Part shown: in pieces, positions 59,795 to 64,000 of the stretch
Numbering within the stretch: position 1 is the first letter of the stretch
Layout: each line of letters starts with the position of its first letter
DNA from: Schmidtea nova
Taxonomy: Eukaryota
Direction of reading: 5' to 3'
Assembly: GCA_044892505.1 (NCBI GenBank)
Contig: CM097882.1
Span: 512,120,001 to 512,184,000 of the forward strand
DNA length: 64,000 nucleotides
The notes under the pieces: generated by a model
Seen by the model: the letters and a program-made list of their open reading frames with translations, nothing else
Told to the model about the DNA's origin: nothing
The model's database searches: none
Translations under genes and position numbers: made by a program

Positions 59795-61625
59795 ATGAGT
59801 AAACAAAGTACACTATTAAAATTTATTCATACTAGAAATGTTAACCACACAGATTCTAAAAATTCTAGTACTTCAAGTCAACCATTACCAAAACGAACAA
59901 AAGTGGAAAATTTTGTATATAGATACCAGGAAAAAATTATAAATTATATCTTTACGTATATACGTGAAAATGAAACAGATTTTTCAAATGCGTAATTTGT
60001 GGAAATGTACTAGCAAATGCATCAATGAAAACTAACAAACTTAAGAGACATTTAGAAACAAGCCATACTGAACATAAAGATAAACTTCCGGAATTTTTCC
60101 TAAGAATAATGCTTCAAGCATTGAATACAAATAAATCTAATTTGTCAAAATTTGTTACATCGGATAAGAAATATTTGAAATGTTCTTTTATAGTAGCATG
60201 GTATATTGTTAGATTCAAAAAAGGATTTAATATTGGAGAGATATTATTAAAACCATGTTTTAAAGCAGTTTGTAAAGAAATGTTTGAAGAATATGAAATG
60301 AAAATTAACAGTATTCAAATGTCTGCTGAGACAATCAGCCGACGAATTCTTACTATTTCAAAAGATTAGGAATTACAATTAATTGAAAAATTACAACATT
60401 CCCTTTATTATGCGCTGCAATTAGATGAAACTACAGATGTTGCTAGTAATGCTGTGTTAATAGTATATGTGAGATACATAGATTCTGAATTGGAAGAAAG
60501 GAAAGAAGAATTTTTATGCACGTTAACATAACCGACTTCCACAACAAGTAACGAAATTTTTGAAAGGATAAATTCTTATTTTGAGTCCAAACATATCCTT
60601 TGGAATAAATGCATAGGTATATGTACTGACGGTGCAGCGGCGGTGGTAGGAAAACATAAATGAGTTGTGCAACAAATAGGACAAGTTTCACATAAAAATA
60701 TCATGAAAACACATTGCATTCTTTACCACGAACAACTGGTTGCCAAAAATATAAATGAAGATTTAAATACTGTGATGAACCAATGTGTAAAAATTATTAA
60801 TCACATACGTAACAGTGCAGTTCAGACTCGAATTTTCGAAATATTGTGTGATGAGATGGGCTCTGAACACAAAGTTTTGCTACTGCATTCCCATATAAGG
60901 TGGCTTTCAAGAGGAAGAATATTGAAAAGAGTTTTCGACTATTAGCGGAACATTTTTAAAGTAATATATGGCTTGCGAAAGTTGTTTATCTTGCTAATAT
61001 ATTTTCAATAGTAAACGAATCAACATTTTCAATGGAAGGGCCAATGACAAATTTATTTATGTGCCATAGTAAAGTTGAAGGTTTCTTGAAAAAACTCGAT
61101 ATTTGGGAAAAACGAATGAAAAAGGCACAATTTAAAATGTTTCAATGTTATTATCAAGTGGTTGAAGATAAAATGATAAGGGAGGATGAATTGTCAGATA
61201 TAATCATAAACCATTTACTAAAAATAAAAGAAAGATTTCTTCATTACTTTCCTCCATCTGCAGATATCCGTTTGGGCAATTAATGGATACAAAATCCTTG
61301 TCTCACTCATGAAAACAATGTATTAACTTGAGCCGAACTCTCAAGTGACAAATTGCTTCAAGTGCAGTCAAAAAGACGTGGCCAAATTTTGGAAAAAAAT
61401 AGATAATGAATACCCGAATTTGAGCAAAAGGGCAATTCAGCTCCTCTGCCGTTTCCAACAACGTACTTAGCAGAAACTGCTTTTTCTGCTTTGACTTCAA
61501 TTAAAAATAAATATAGAAATCGACTTCAAAACATTGACACAGCGTTGAGGATTGCATTATCTAAATCAATTGAAGCAAGAATAGAAAAATTGGTGAACGA
61601 GCATCAGGAACAGAAGAGCCATTAA
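59795..61625 (+). pseudogene. Buster/ZBED5-like hAT transposase pseudogene
   Basis: MKTNKLKRHLETSH, LQLDETTDV, ICTDGAA, HCILYHEQL, RWLSRG, FPTTYLAETAFS and ...QKSH*. Several stops and frameshifts. Confidence 0.9.
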
Positions 61626-61960
61626 TGTTTATATGTTTTTATTTGTTTATAAAATAAAATTGTTGTTTTTTTTTTGCAATATAGTTTTTCAACCAACATG
61701 GATCGTTTATGTTTCTCTTTATTTTTGGGTCAGGAGACACAAAAGGTTGCGGAACGCTGCTGCACAGTACTAGTTGGCAAGTTTGAATTAGATGAATTAA
61801 AAGCTAAAATGTCATGTTCTTCGTGACTCGATCAACGAGAGTGATTGACAAAATTAAATAGTATAAATATGCAAAAAAAGGTTGAATTAATTTGAATGTC
61901 AAATGATAAATACTCTAAAACAATACTATTCTAAATGCAGTGCAAGTTTAATTAACTCAC

Positions 61961-62574
61961 CTTGTTTCGATGGATCAAACATCCATTTGACGTTTTCACT
62001 AAGGTTAATATGAGCACTAAATGTTTTCGGAGTCAACAAAAATCCCGTGAGATGACCTTCAGTGGTTGTATAGAACTGTTTGAACACTTTATCTAGATAT
62101 TGCTCGTTTTGCCGTGTTTTCTTATTTCCGATGTACATTGCAGTAACGTGTAATCTCTTTTTCTGTTCTAGCCAATAATTTTCTAATTGATCGGTTTTCA
62201 CTTTTTTAAGCAAGTTCCGTTTGAAATCATCAACTTCTAATATTTCTTTTAAACAAAACTTCGCCAAATCATGTAAATGCTTCTGGAAACGATTGTTCCA
62301 AAACCAACCAACGTAGACAGGCCAATCCGATTCCTTGCCCAATCCAAAGGAATCATCAAACGATTTATAGTAAATTGCGGCTAATGGAATCGGCATGAAC
62401 TGGGTTTCTTGTTTCATATTTACGATTGATCGAAGATTTTGTAGTTTTGAATCGAAAAGGAAATGAGTCCGATTAGTTTCTGATCTGACAAATTCTTGAA
62501 CTTCCTCTTCTTTCATTTTTGTTGTGTCCTTAAAATATTTAATTGAATTAGTCACCATTTGTAAATTCCATCCG
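61961..62574 (-). CDS. CNP: Internal exon of a CNPase-like (2',3'-cyclic-nucleotide 3'-phosphodiesterase, 2H family) gene
   Basis: A 614-nt open exon bounded by CTATAG| and |GTGAGT. PVYVGWF, LHVT and LTGFLLTPKTFSAHINLSE parallel vertebrate CNP PLYFGWF, LHCT and ISALFVTPKTTGARVELSE. The second HxT motif is not in this exon. Confidence 0.7.
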
Positions 62575-63632
62575 CTATAGGAAGAAAACAGTGGACATTA
62601 CTCGATGCATACACACATACTTAGTAGTGACATACAGTCAAAATCACGGGATAATCCAAACTTAGACAGGTCAATCTAATTCCTTGGCCAATTCAAAAAA
62701 AATTATCAAATGATTAAATACACATCTACTAATCACAAAATAATGTGAAAGAAATTTTTCAGGTTTTGCCTGGCTTCTTTTTGGCTTATCTGGCTTCTTT
62801 ATACATTCATTCAAAATTTCTATAAATATAAATATTCTCATTTCGCATTTAAATAGCCTTAGAATATAAAAGGTGCAAATTGATTAGTGACAGAATCGTT
62901 CACTTTTAGGAGAAATAATTGCGAGTAAAGACATATAAATGCACTGAATATAAAAAATTAGAGTGTATGTCAATATGTCATACCAAGGACGGAATAATTA
63001 CTAATATAGCTAATATGCTTATCATGTTTCTGGATAGGTAAAGATTTGAAGTGCGGAAAGTCTCATCAACATTAAAAGAACGGGCAGAAACAATGATATC
63101 ATCGACACAAGAAATGATAGCTTCATCTTCAAAACGATTGAGAGTAACAGCTTGAAATAATTAAATTGAGAACAAATAGATTTACACCCTTCAAAGTTCA
63201 CGACTTACGAAACAAAATTATTAACTTAGTAAAAGGAAGAGACTACTTCGTCGTAGAAAACAGTTCAATGAGATTAACTATCAAGAATGAAAGTCCAACT
63301 CTGTGTTGTATATGCATGGATAAGAAGCTTTTAAATCTTATACCTATCGTACAAATTAAACCGCTATCGAAACGGTAATAGCTGCTTAAATTCCACAAAC
63401 ATAATCTCTTACTCTGAGGATTAAAATTACCAACGTAAAGCTTAACCCACCCGGGCTGTTATGACATCTCTGTGAAGTATTTATTGAATTAACTTGAACT
63501 GATTTAGTTGTTGTACGTACTGAAATCATCGTAATGGTTCAATAATTCATAAGTCTAATATTAATGTATTCTTGTATGTAATTTATCAGAGCTTTACACT
63601 ATGCGACTGAATGTGAGGAAGTTAAAGCCCTA

Positions 63633-63705
63633 CAGTCTTCCCCCGTAAAAACCCACTAAGGGGTATAAACGAATAGTACCCCCACTAGGGGGTTTATTTA
63701 AGTAA
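63633..63705 (+). mobile_element. pogo/Tc1-like terminus with palindromic subterminal motifs
   Basis: TA|CAGTCTTCCCC matches the inverted end GGGGAAGACTG|TA at 51368-51380. ACCCCCACTAGGGGGT palindrome-like motif. Confidence 0.45.
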
Positions 63706-64000
63706 ATTAATTTCATTTTATAAAAATGCAGTTCATTGACTAAATAATTTCAAATATAGAAATTAGCCTTTTAAGAAATTAGTTAGTAACATTATTTTTA
63801 CAAATCGGTTATGCTACATACCTAAGACGTAAATCACATTACACAAAATATCATTGATTGAAAATTGGTAACACACATTGCTGAAAAATTAATTTAAGTC
63901 AAAACTAAATATCAAATCCCAGGTAAGTCATTATTTTACAAAATTATTAAAAAATTATTTCAAATTTCCTATATTATGTTTCAAAATTAAGTTATTTGAA

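Larger units (their letters stand above)
58201..61759 (+). mobile_element. Complete but decayed Buster-family hAT transposon
   Basis: TIRs CAGCGGGTCGCAACC / CAGCGTTCCGCAACC. 8-bp TSD CTGTACAG/CTGCACAG of the nnnTAnnn type. Confidence 0.88.

Noticed and set aside
62985-63400. Exon-like minus-strand frame ending in a hydrophobic tail (GPI-signal-like) and plus-strand ORF 63166-63378
   Set aside because: I could not build a consistent spliced model on either strand or link it to the CNPase-like exon.

Overview
AT-rich eukaryotic (animal-like) genomic DNA with short GT-AG introns (53-62 nt) and three N gaps. It is dominated by nested, mostly decayed transposable elements. One intact housekeeping gene is present (proteasome beta-2, 2 exons). 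There is also a large exon of a CNPase-like 2H phosphodiesterase, plus pseudogene fragments of RPS5, eEF2 and possibly a death-domain gene. Mobile DNA includes two complete LTR retrotransposons with very short LTRs (137 bp and 109 bp) and target-site duplications, a family of ~1-kb solo LTRs, several hAT elements, and mariner, Tc1, Tigger and piggyBac-type relics. Satellites occupy the left end. The most striking observation concerns the 109-bp-LTR element at 41150-50178. The 12 nt between its 5' LTR and the gag ATG (AGCTATCCGGGC) are the exact reverse complement of the first 12 nt of metazoan tRNA-Lys(UUU), not of a tRNA 3' end. This suggests reverse transcription primed by a 5'-terminal tRNA fragment. 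The same element has a DIRS-like RNase H motif set next to a DDE integrase. All calls were made by eye, with no database searches, and the host species cannot be determined from the window.
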